Made by a program: the position numbers and the translations under genes. 64,000 nt of DNA from Macrostomum lignano (lineage: Eukaryota): assembly GCA_002269645.1 (NCBI GenBank), contig NIVC01001072.1, positions 186,001 through 250,000 of the forward strand, written 5' to 3'. The notes beneath the pieces are model-generated. The model did not search any database, was not told where the DNA came from, and saw only the letters and a list, made by a program, of their open reading frames with translations. Positions 1 to 11,215 of the stretch are shown in pieces; the stretch's first letter is position 1; every line of letters starts with the position of its first letter.

Positions 1-170
1 CTCTCTCCCCTCCTCTCGCTTTTTCCTCGCATATTCTCTGCTCACTCCTTACCTCCTCATATCTCTTGTTATCTTCTATTATTTCTATTATTTTTCTTAT
101 TCCCTTTTTGCCCTTCCTTCTCTTTCTAATAGTCTATTCTTTTTCTTTTCCACTCTTATCTGGCCTATAC
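1..170. repeat. CT-rich low-complexity tract
   Basis: Almost entirely C/T runs (ctctctcccctcctctcgc...). Confidence 0.6.
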
Positions 171-939
171 CCATGAGCTGGATTTTTTATCTGGCCTTTG
201 AAGTAAAAATCTACCGATCCTGCTTCGAAAGCCAGTTTTTGGGACATAGTTGTTATCATTTTTCATCCTTTAATCATGTCATTTTTCTGGCCAATTAGTA
301 GCCCTGAGAGGAATCTCTAGCTCCACGAACACTACCACAGTCTGCAGCAGTCTAACAACGAAGGACATGTATGCATTTCTTAGGAGCCATTTAAATTTTA
401 AAGTACTTTATACGAAACTTAATGTTAAAAGTTTCATGGTGTAACTAATTTAGAAGGATTGCATCGTAATCAGTTGTTTAAAAATTTTTCGCTATTTTTA
501 CAAATACAAACCATCCTGCTGCCTACATTGCCTTGGTTTGCCGCTGCTACAGACTTGTCCATACAAAGGACAGTGGTTTGAATCTCTCACTAAACTGTCA
601 TGGCTAAACGCAGCCTCTCCACGTGGAGGGGGGGTGCAGAGAAGGCTATTAAAAAGTTATTCCAAAACACTGTACATTTGCTATGTTACATTCAGCCCTA
701 TCACCTGACCCTTTGTCTGGGCTGGTGCTGGGAAAGTGAGCAGCCCAAACAACAGAAAAAGCAGACAAACTTCACATGCTTATAGTTTCTTTTTTGGTTG
801 AGTTACAGAGTTGAAACTTAACATTTAGATAGAGAATGAGTCAATGAAGAATTGTATCAAGTTTAAAGTCAATCGCTTTACGTGGAGCAAACTTATGGCA
901 GCTAAAAGTTAGTCAATTTTGAAACCCCTTTTACACATC

Positions 940-1370
940 TAGGCCCAGATCGGGAAAGAGAGGCAGGCGGGCGGAGGTTGGGGTGGTTGCTATGCTGAAA
1001 AAAACAGCCTAACTTTAAAAGTGCACAGCACAGCTCAGGATTAACTTTGAGACTCGAAATTTTACATGATTGTGCTAAAATAGTTGAAGATTGTTTGTGT
1101 CAAATTTAAAGAGAATCGGTAAAAGTGGAGCGGCGCTAGGGGCCTATGGAGAATTTAGTGAAAAAATCACAAATTTTGAGCAGTTTTTTGTATTTTTAGA
1201 TAGGAAGACTTGAGTCTAGGAAATTTAAAGGTAGTCTAAGACATTCTCTGTAGTAAGTTTAGGGTGGGTGTAAAGTTTGGTATCATTTGGTTGAGCAGTT
1301 TGGGAGTCCATAGTGAAGTAATTTGTCTACAGACAGACAGACAGAGTTTTAATTTTTATATGTAGAGATT
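940..1370 (+). mobile_element. Possible non-autonomous Helitron/DINE-like element
   Basis: Ends in a (GACA)n microsatellite followed by ...ttttatatgtagagat, resembling DINE/Helentron-derived elements. Boundaries not confirmed. Confidence 0.3.
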
Positions 1371-2779
1371 ATAACTAATTTATCAACTTAAGAATCTTAA
1401 GTAATATTATTTATTTTTTAATTTTTACATTTTTAAAACACTTGTTTTATTATTATGACTTTACTTTATTTTAACTTCATTTTTTGTTTAAAAATTTTTT
1501 TTAAATTTATTATTCTTGGAAACCAGGCTATTTAGTACTTTGAATCAAATTTTTGATAATGGCTTTTTTAATGGCTAGGCCTATAGATCTGGCAATCTTC
1601 TGCAAGCAATTATCTACTAATGAAGTCTTGAACCTTAAAAGTATCTTGTTTTAAATATCATCATTTTGTTTCAATCTTATCTTGAACAAAATCTTATTAC
1701 TATTAGCAACTATCTATTAAAATTAAAATGTTTCTACTATATTATATCCATAAATTTCTTTATTGGAATACCATTGCCAGATCTATAGCCATTGGAAAAT
1801 GGGTTACAGTGCTATAACTGTAGCCATTACCCAAATTTTTATTAGCTTAGGCCTATAGTAGCCAATAGAGAGGTTAAAAATGGAGGTTGCCTTGCCTTAG
1901 GCCTACTAAAAAATTAAGAAGCAGTTTTTTGCTTGTCATTTTGGGTAAGGCTACTCTTGGGCCCGGGCTAAACAGAGCTTTTTAGAAAAATGAGAAAATT
2001 GAAAATATTTTATCAAACCTAAAACTTAACTTCTTAAATTAAAAGTTCTACTTTATTGTCTAAGAGTAAGACCCTGTTGCTTGCAAAAAAAGTAGTAAAC
2101 TTTAGTGGCCTAGGGCTAGGCTAAGTCTACATATAGTATAGCCATAGGCCTACACATTGCAAAATATGGACATATGGTATTGGTATGCCATAGCATAGGC
2201 CTAGATGCAAACAAAAGTTAATTGAGCTGGCTTCAAATGTTATTTATGTCCTTTCGTTAAAATCAATAGCAAAATCATAAAGTTTTGATGTTTCGTTGAT
2301 AGGGGGCCTATGCTTTTAGCTTTGGTAGGCCCCCCTCCTGTCTATGAACAACTTACAACTTCCAGTCCACTGGCACTTGGGCAGTGGGCTTGGGAGGTTA
2401 CTTTGTAGGCCAAGGAAGGATCTATGATTTTTGTAGTTTCTTATCAACTAATCAGGTTTATTTGTGATACATAGATCTAAAGGGCACAAAGGACAAAAGG
2501 TTTACTGCTACTACAGTATTTTAGTTTAAAATTGAAATATTTTATTAATTTATTATTTATGGATACAAGATACCTGTAGACTTGCGATCAAAGTCAGCGT
2601 ACCGAATGAACCTCCACTAAAGAAAGAAGCCTGAACATAAAGACTGCAAATATTTTTTGTAAAAAAATTGTACAATTTTTTTAGCATTGTTTAATTCGAC
2701 TTTTAGTATCTCTTGTAATTTATTTTGTTTGTTTTACTCTTTTCTTATATCAAAAAACATTTCGAGCCTCTTCACGGCA

Positions 2780-3960
2780 ATCGGTTCTAGAACCAGAATA
2801 AATTCCAGTTCTAGAACCAGAACCAGTGTTAAATGAGGAGCTTCGAATCCATTTTATGTTTGACAGTCTTTACAATTTAATTTTGTCGTTCTTTGACTTT
2901 GTTTTCTCTTGGATATGACAAAAACTGAATAATTATATATAGGAATAACAAAAAATTAACGATTTCAAATATATTTTACTGTGAAAGTGTCAACATGACA
3001 ACGGTTCGAGAAAATTTCTCGAACCATATTCTAGAACCAGAACCATGTTCCGGAACTGATCCTGTTTTTCGAATCATCGATATGAAGAGCGTCGAACCGG
3101 TTCGGAACCGCGGTTCCGTTTTTCGAACCGGCGATATGAAGATCGGCTCAAATTGTCTACCGGGCTCGTTGCTGGTGTTGGTATTTCGCGGCCCGGCCCA
3201 GGGGCGCGGCGTTGTTACTTTAGTTTTTAACTTAATTTAAAAAATAGAGCATCAGAAGTTCAATAAATTGACAATCAATATTTTACAACGTAGTAAACTC
3301 ACAATTGACTCCAAAAATATGCGGCATTCTGGTCAGTATTTTTTGTTTTACTAATTTACTAAATATATATTTACATTGGCTAAATAGGGGCCGCCCGGGC
3401 CGGGCCCTGCCGCGAAATAACAACACCCCAGATTCCATTTCGTCATTGAAGGGGCTTTTCACATTACCATGGCCAATTCCAGAACCAGAATCGGTGCAGA
3501 TCTTCCAAGAAAAAAACAGTATAACTATTTAACTTTGTTGTTGAATGTTTGACTGTCTTAACAGCCTCATTTTGCACAAATTTTCACTTTCTTCTTGGCT
3601 ATTTCTATTCAATAATTACAACTTTAAAGCACTTACATCCCTCTAGTTTAGGAGACAAAAAGTTTATACTTTACAATATGGATCTGGTTCTAGAACCAGA
3701 TTAACAATTGCAATACGAAAAGGCCTATAGTGTAACGATCATGTTGATATATTCAGTTATTTGTAAATAATATGGTATGATTGATGTCTTCTTAGTATTG
3801 TATTAATTTATCTACTGTTTCATTAGCGAATTTTGAAAGTTTTTTAGTCTGTACGGTTGAAATTTGTTTTACGGATATTTCATAGAAATATTGTTTTATT
3901 TAAAAACACTATGAGGCTTTTCATATTACCAATTCCAGAATCAGAATCGGTTCGGATCTT
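2780..3960. repeat. Cluster of degenerate repeats built on GGTTCTAGAACC/GAACCG motifs
   Basis: ttctagaaccag at about 2785, 2808, 3030 and 3688 (inside the 18-bp palindrome tctggttctagaaccaga); several gaaccg/cggttc motifs at 3090-3130. Confidence 0.55.
3174..3427. mobile_element. Small MITE-like inverted-repeat element
   Basis: ggtgttggtatttcgcggc (3174) pairs with gccgcgaaataacaacacc (ending 3427); AT-rich core; no clear TSD. Confidence 0.4.
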
Positions 3961-4933
3961 CCAAGAAAAACAGCAGTATAACTATTTAATTCTGTTGAAT
4001 GTGTCACGTTTTTGTAGTCGTTGTAGTCCCAAATTAATGGTGAAGTCAAACTCTTGCTGAGTGGGTTGTGTAGCGGAAGCACTTGGCGTATGATGGCAGA
4101 GAGGACTGCCGTAAACCGTTTATTGTCGTTGTCAATGTGATTAATGTCAATAGCGTTCTGGGGCATTGGCGGCTGCAACAACGGGTCGATGTAATTGAAG
4201 TTATGAAGTCAAGCAGATGATGAAGGATGATGGTGAAGCAAGTAGCAAGTGATGGCGCTGAGTACGGTGGTGGCAGTGAGTAGCAAGTAGACAAGTAGTG
4301 GCGTGATTGGGCGCTAGCCCGTGGCAGTACAAGGTGGAGCACGAATGCGTAAACAAGTCTGGCCCAGACAGGGTGGGGCCGTGGCGAGAGATAAGGAGAG
4401 AGAGGAGGAGGAGTGAACGAAGGAGAGCGAAAGGAGGCGTGAGAGAGAGAGTGAAAACCCCCAGCCCGCCGCCAGGCGGGGTTAATAAAGGAGCGCAGGA
4501 GGGTTAGCAAAATATATGCGAAGAGTTATCATTGGCTGGCGGGGGAAAAGCGAGAACTGAAATTATTGATCGCGCGAGACCCTACAGACGTACGCAAAGA
4601 TTACCATGTACGCAATGATTAGCAATTGATACAGATTCGTTGGGCGCTACTACAAGTAAACGTGAGAATACACGATTGGAGAATATTAAATGAGAAATTG
4701 TAGTCCAACGGCCCTTTTGCGGGACCACCTTAAACTGACAACGTCACAAATGTTTGACTGCCTTAACAACTTCACTTAGCACAATTTTTCACTTTCTTCT
4801 TGGCGATTGTCATACAATAATAAAAACTTTAATTTATAGCACGTATCTCCCTCTAGTTTAGGAGACACAAAGATATACTTCACAAATTGGTTCTGGTTCG
4901 GGAACAAGAACAAGCAATATGAAAAGGCCCATA
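3477..4933 (+). repeat. Local diverged duplication; second copy interrupted by a solo LTR
   Basis: 3477-3725 is homologous to 3931-4001 joined to 4749-4930 (shared blocks: aattccagaa.cagaatcggt, gttgaatgtttgactg, ccctctagtttaggagac, gcaata.gaaaaggcc). Confidence 0.75.
4002..4748 (-). mobile_element. Solo LTR (Ty3/gypsy-like, 747 bp)
   Basis: TG..CA termini (TGTCACG...CGTCACA); 4-bp TSD AATG at 3998-4001 and 4749-4752; the paralogous copy at about 3540 (ttgaatgtttgactg) shows the empty site. Orientation inferred from CCAAT/TATA-like motifs on the minus strand. Confidence 0.75.
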
Positions 4934-6443
4934 TGTAGCCGCGTATTCCGGAGTTCGAATTCCCGCCAACTATAGCTATAGAAGACTTCGTTAGTCAAAG
5001 AAACTTGATTTATTAGCTTGCCAGCTTGCTTGAATTTAGACTTGACCGCACGGGGGGGAGGCAGCTGGTGAATGTGCTGGTGGACTGTCAATGTCGTCTC
5101 GCCCAACGCAGACTGTAGGTTGCCATCCACTGCACGCCTCTTATTCTGATGCTGCTGGGCTGCAGCCGCCGCCTAGCTTTCTTGCATATGTCGTCGCTGA
5201 TGCAGGACACCTCTGCCCCGGTGTCGATCAGGCAACGGCGCCGTTGTCTAAGGATGCGCGCTGTGACGAAGCGCACCTGGCCAGGCTGGCAGCTGCTGAG
5301 GCGTGGTGTTGAGGCCGAGTGCGTTAGTGCTGAGAGGGCCGGTGCTGGCCTCGTGAACCAGCCCCCTCGGCGTTTGGGCAATTGCGTCCGATGTGGCCGG
5401 GCTGACCGCAGCCGAAACAGTTGGAACTAGCCGGTGATTGCTGTCGATGCTGGCCTTCACCGCCGAATGCGGTAGGCTGCTGAGGCATTAGTGGTTTCGG
5501 TGGCGCTGAAGGTCGGCTCTGTGGTGGTCTCGGTTGTTGGGGCTGGGTTTCCCCACGGCCGGCATCCATGTAGGCCCGGGTTTCACAAAGCTGCTGGGCG
5601 ATTCATAGGACCTGCTCCACAGTGCATGGTGGTGTTGGTTGATTCAGTAGTCGCTCAGTGACGTAGCTGTCATTGAGACCATGCATGAATTGCTCGCTAA
5701 CTGTCTGTTTGACGTAAGCCTGGGCTCCTGAGTCCGGGTATGCCCTTGCAGCCAGCCGTTGAAGCTCGAAGAAGCGCTGCACTCTTGGCCCCGCCGTGAC
5801 GGGACCGGAGGTGTTCAACGAGGCTTTCATAGCGGACACCAGGCAGCTGATCCAGGGTTGTTCCGGGTGGCAGTCCGACGTAGGTGCACTGCATCGCCAG
5901 CCAGGTGGTGTACGTTGCAAAGGCCGGTTCGAATAACGCAGTTAGGGTGTTGATCTTGTCGGCGTCTCGAAGGCCTGGGGACCGGCTAACATAGGCGCTG
6001 ATCCTGATGAGAAAGTCATCGAAATCCTCCCGACCGTTGTACGGTGCAGGCTTAGGTACTGGCGCAAGGGCCGGCCTTGGATTGAGGTCTGGCAATGCTG
6101 CGTACCCGTGAGCTGGAGGACAGGCGTACTGCTGCATTGCTGAAACCTGCCCTGATGCTTGGTCGGTGTCTGAAGAAACGGGTTGGTTGATACTGCCGCC
6201 GAGTGTGCCCTCTCAAGGTCGTTAACAACGAGGAAAGGATTTGTGGCTTCGCTGACTGCGGACATCAACACGAAGGGGTTGGAGGCGTTCGTAGACTCGG
6301 TAGAAACGGATTCTGAATCGTCGCAGCTGCGTTGTACTGTCGCTCGACGAGACGTCCAGGTAGTCGTCGTTATTAACTATATAACTGCATGAAAAGCTGG
6401 CGTGGTGGCCAAATGTAGCCGCGTATTCCGGAGTTCGAATTCC
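4934..6443 (-). mobile_element. Degenerate Ty3/gypsy LTR retrotransposon remnant (gag-pro kept; RT/RH/IN deleted)
   Basis: Identical 30-bp repeat tgtagccgcgtattccggagttcgaattcc at 4934-4963 and 6414-6443 (the LTR 3' end ...CTACA on the minus strand); PBS-like TGGCCACCACG right after the 5' copy; minus-strand AATAAA near 5010. Confidence 0.8.
5060..6330 (-). pseudogene. Frameshifted gag (capsid, CCHC knuckle) and aspartic protease
   Basis: Minus-strand ORF pieces: PAPYNGREDFDDFLIRISAY, LQRLAARAYP...EQFMHGL, CFGCGQPGHIGRNC (CX2CX4HX4C) and CLIDTGAEVSCIS (protease DTG). Confidence 0.85.
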
Positions 6444-6605
6444 TGATTTGTATCCCCCCCGTGGGCCTGGTCGGTGGGTGTAAGAAATTGATTTATGGCG
6501 CTTAATTTTCCTGTGAACTGCCCATTAGGCCAGCAAGTACAAGTAGCAGCAGCTACATGTATACTCCCTGCATCCCCCCGTGAGAAATTCCTGGCTACGC
6601 CCCTG
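6444..6605. mobile_element. Right end of a hAT-like MITE (truncated)
   Basis: Ends ...cctggctacgcccctg (reverse complement CAGGGGCGTAGCCAGG, a common MITE terminus); the partner end was not found. Confidence 0.4.
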
Positions 6606-6714
6606 ACCAGGAGCAAAGTAGCCTTGTCAAATAATATTGCGAAGAAGTGACCAAGTATCTTACTATTGGTTTTCTCGTTCTATTTCAGCGAAAGTGCATT
6701 CTTTTTCGTCAGTG

Positions 6715-7348
6715 GTTGGGGGGGGTAGGGGGGACAAAGCCAAGAATTCAAAATGTACATGTACAAATTACTAAATTTTGGCACTCATTTTGGCGCCGCA
6801 TTCACTTATTTTAGCGCCGCAGGCATTCCTTTTAGCGCCGCAGGCACTCCTTTTAGTGCCGCAGGCATTTCTTTTAGCGCCGCAGGCACTCCTTTTAGCA
6901 CCGCAGGCACTCCTTTTAGCGCCGCAGGCACTCCTTTTAGCGCCACAGGCACTCATTTTAGCGCCGCAGGCACTCATTTTAGCGCCGCAGGCACTCCTTT
7001 TAGCGCCGCAGGCACTCCTTTTAGCGCCACAGGCACTCATTTTAGCGCCGCAGGCACTCATTTTAGCGCCGCAGGCACTCCTTTTAGCGCCACAGGCACT
7101 CATTTTAGCGCCGCAGGCACTCCTTTTAGCGCCGCAGGCACTCATTTTAGCGCCGCAGGCACTCCTTTTAGCGCCGCAGGCACTCCTTTTAGCGCCGCAG
7201 GCGCTATATTTTGGCGCCCTGAAAAAAATTATTGATTACCACAAAGACTCACAAGGTGGGGTTGGGGGGGACAAAGCATTGGCATGTCCCCCCCCCCCAG
7301 AGCTTTTACTGGGGGGACATGTCCCTCCCCCCGGTGGCGACGCGCCTG
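6715..7348 (+). mobile_element. MITE-like element with an internal 21-bp minisatellite
   Basis: About 19-20 copies of ttttagcgccgcaggcactc(c/a) at about 6790-7203; ends ...gacgcgcctg; flanks are homologous to 39700-39745 and 41780-41935. Confidence 0.65.
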
Positions 7349-7671
7349 CATGAGATGATCGATATTATATGCACACAGCAGGCTAACGGATAGCTGACAC
7401 ATGGATGGTGAATTGGATTGATGATTGACACATGGATGCGATCGACATGGATGGTGAATTGGATTGATGATTGACATTGGAGGCATCCCAATTAAAAATA
7501 TTTTAATATTTTTGTCCTGTTTCAGTTGCATCACATGACGAGTTTAGATAAGCGATAAGAGATAAATTGCATGCCTGCTAAACAAGATCAGGACTGCGAG
7601 ACTGAAGATCCCTTTCGAGAACAGGACCTGCCCAAAGTGCCATGTGGGTAGAAGCGAAGCTCTGCACTATC

Positions 7672-8690
7672 TGTTTAAGTTTAGTTGAAACTTTACGAGT
7701 CGTCGTATATGCTCGATCCTGCGGCCGATTAAAAAGTTAATTTAAAAACTAACTGAGTATACTAAAAATGATTGTCTCTATTGAAGTAGTTCTCCTTCTC
7801 GGGTTCTCGAAGATGTTCCTGAAAATGGAACCCGCTGCTCCTGAAGAAGCTAGATAGCACCGCAGTACTACCTATCGATTTGCCTGAAAATAAACCTAAA
7901 ACGTGCCGTTACTTGGTAGGGTTGCTGCCACCTTGGTGTGCGGACTCGACGCGTCGGCAGAGTTGTCTATCCGTCACCTGAAAGAAAATTAACAAAGTCG
8001 CTCGGAGCAAAGGCAAATCTGAAAAATGTCTCGACAGTCGATCGTCTTAGTTGAATGCTGCTCGAACCTGTAACCTGTAAAACCTGAAATGAGAGAGGAG
8101 AGCTCGGAGGCAGAGGCTTCGCGAGTTAGCCACAGTGCTCCGCGAGACGACGCAGTCTGGAGAAAAATGGCTCGCAGATGCTCCGTATTTATAGCCGAGC
8201 GGACCCCCAAAAGTCACGTGAGTTTCATGCGGTGAGCGCGTGAAACTTCCTTATTTGGGCATTGGAATCATGCGGACGACGCGTGATCTAAGGCCAACTT
8301 CCAAATAAGGCAACCCTGTCACGCAGCAGTGGCGTGACTCAAGGTCAGCGGCCACGCACAGAGTGCGTGCACAGTCACGTGCTTAGTCTGTGCTAAAAAT
8401 AGAAACGTGGGCGGATGAGTCATCCTGTTTACTCCCTCTAGGCAGCCCTTACACTCCGCGCAGGTGATGAGTCATCCTGCTACGCCTCCTCAGCGCGAGT
8501 GGGAAGACATTGAGTGTGGCTGCCCGCGCCCGCTCAGGCGATGAGTCATTGGGCAGTAAACACTTAGGCCCAGCACAGGGTAACTCTCTCACTAGCTCAG
8601 GTGGACTGAGATACTGTGCAGCGGATCACAGCACTCTTAAGGGAAGCTAGTGAATGCTGCTGAATAGCCAGATAGCAGCCAGTCACTACA
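7672..8690 (-). mobile_element. Solo LTR (1019 bp) with 5-bp TSD
   Basis: TGTTT...CTACA termini; CTATC directly flanks both ends (7667-7671, 8691-8695); TATAAATA on the minus strand at 8186-8193. Confidence 0.75.
8186..8548 (-). promoter_or_regulatory. LTR U3 promoter: TATA box plus three AP-1-type ATGAGTCAT sites
   Basis: TGAGTCA at 8416, 8468 and 8542, each in gATGAGTCAT context, upstream of the minus-strand TATAAATA. Confidence 0.5.
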
Positions 8691-8719
8691 CTATCTAGGT
8701 ATCTACGTACGAGTATGTA

Positions 8720-9708
8720 CGAGGGGTGTCCCAAAAGTCGGTGCACTTTCTTCACTACAGCCTTTTCTGACCGATCAGAAATATTAAGTCTGTTGCAGCT
8801 GAAAAGAGAATTATCTGCCCGTTAAAATGACTTTCTGTTTATTTCTGTATCTGCTGGCATTCTTGAGATATGAGCACTTTTCTGCCCCACCCCCCTGTGC
8901 TACTTTTACAAATTGCCATAGACCAAAGCTTACCTGATGCACGAAACAACGAAACATTCAACGAATCAACAAAACATCCGCAACATGAAATCTGAGGAAA
9001 GAACAGTTAAAAGTTAATCAACATTGTCCTGAGGCTTCTCCACATAGTCACGACTGGGTGCGCTGCACACTTCTGTCATCGGCTGTGTATGTCGTCAATG
9101 TCGTCAATCAGCAAAATCTGAGCGCGGCATCTCATGAAGGAGAACTTGGCGAGTCAATGCTTCCAGGTTCCCACGACAAGCAAAGATTTGTCCATGCAGC
9201 AGCTTTTTCCTCTTTGGAAAGAAGGCAAAGTCAGCTGTTGACAAATCCGGAGAGTAGGGTGGCAGTGAGAGCAGCACAAAATTTGCCTGCTCGATCGTCT
9301 CCTCCGTTTTCTTGGCCGTGTGGGACGTGCGTTGTCGACATGCACAGCCGATGACAGAAGTGTGCAGCGCACCCAGTCGTGACTATGTGGAGAAGCCTCA
9401 GGACAATGTTGATTAACTTTTAACTGTTCTTTCCTCAGCGTTCATGTTGCGGATGTTTTATTGATTCGTTGAATGTTTCGTTGTTTCGTGCATCAGGTAA
9501 GCTTTGGTCTATGGCAATTTGTAAAAGTAGCACAGGGGTGGGGCAGAAAAGTGCTCATATCTCAAGAATGCCAGCAGATACAGAAATAAACAGAAAGTCA
9601 TTTTAACGGGCAGATAATTCTCTTTTCAACTGCAACAGACTTAATATTTCTGATCGGTCAGAAAAGGCTGTAGTGAAGAAAGTGCACCGACTTTTGGGAC
9701 ACCCCTCG
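8720..9708. mobile_element. Non-autonomous Tc1/mariner element with about 378-bp TIRs
   Basis: TA|CGAGGGGTGTCCCAAAAG ... CTTTTGGGACACCCCTCG|TA; near-perfect inverted repeat 8720-9099 versus 9331-9708; TA TSD. Confidence 0.9.
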
Positions 9709-10131
9709 TATCTATGTGATTAACCTATTCGAAATCGGCACAAGCGATTTTAATTAAACTATTGCACCGTTAGATTTAAGACATTTTCCGGAGACGGTAC
9801 GTACCCTCGCACCCTCAGCAATCCGTTCCCTCGCCATCATGTGCCATGTAATAATAAAATAATAATAACTCTCTAAACCTATCGAGTTAGAAACAGTAAT
9901 CTACATGCAAATTTTAAAAGCTGACTTTGTTGTGACGAAGAATCCTCAGCTCACATCATGGCAGCTGAATTATAAAGTTTTGTTTATGGCCAGCATTGAG
10001 AAGTCTCGGGACAGGTTCGAGTCTTGCTTTATTGCAACGCGGCAAAGAACCAAAATAAATTCTAAGCAAGATAATAACGCTGGGTAACGGAGGCTTGGAT
10101 AGCTGCGACTGGATTCGTTGAATTTGCTGCT

Positions 10132-11178
10132 ATGGAAGACGCTCGGACGGGACCGTTGCCAAGCTCGAATTCGGGTTACTCGAGCTCCTATTCGAGGTCG
10201 CACGGTCGTCGCCGGGAGAGGCAGTTCGATGCGGCATCGTTGGAGCCGCCACAGCTGCAGCAGGAGCAGGAAGCGGATGCCAGATCCTACGGTACCAGCA
10301 ATCGGAGGTCGAAGTCCGGCCTACGTGCCCTGCAGGAGCTGGTGTCGGACGCCAGGACGATGAACTGCGATGCAGCTGGCTCTCCGTTGCCCAGCCGGCT
10401 ACCGAAACCGCTGACGCAGAAACTGCCGAGGCATCAGCAGCAGAGGGCCAGCCATACTGAGGATGACTTTGCCAAGTACCTGGGATTCGCCGACGCAGAA
10501 GGTTCGACTGACGATGGAAACCGGTCACGACGGCAGCGTTCGACTCAGAATCAGTCGTCAATGGTGGTGAGTCTGTCTGCGTGTACTTTTTAGCTGTTGA
10601 CACCGGTGATGTCGAGACCTAATTAAAAAGATGTTGGATCAATGCTAAATGTCTGCATGAATTAAAAAAGCAATAGAATCTGGCGGAATAGGTTTGAAGT
10701 TTGATGTCACGTGACCAAAGGAAATTGCGTCAGTAAACCTTGAGTAAACATTGAAATTCTACTAAACATCTAATAATCCGCAAACGTTTTAAACTGGTAT
10801 TGTTCATCTGATATCCTCATGTTATATAGATAGGTTAACTGTTTAGCTATGTCCCTTTCTGGCGCGAATTTAAAGTTAATTCGATCTTAACAAAACGAGC
10901 TTCACTCAAATCTGAGCTATCAAATATATATGTCTCAACACCAAGTAACGCAGGTAGATAGGTAGCTTCGACTCGACATCATTGGACGTTAAATTTAAAA
11001 CAGGACAGGTTAAAAACGACATTCCCAACTATCGAACAACCCCAAATATGAATCGACGGTCAACAGTCAAAATTATCTATATAGTTGCTACGCGATAAAA
11101 ATGTTTGACAGGACCGGCTCAGCTGTGCCGATGGCGACAGCGGCGGCCTGGAAGGTCCCACACGCCGGCACCAAGTCA

Positions 11179-11215
<37 letters not shown>

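Noticed and set aside
6753-7353. ORFs with FSAAGTP/APQALLL repeats
   Set aside because: Translations of the 21-bp array inside a MITE.
7590-7671. RLKIPFENRTCPKCHVGRSEALHYL, resembling a LINE C-terminal zinc-finger
   Set aside because: Only about 25 codons with no adjoining RT sequence; too short to call.
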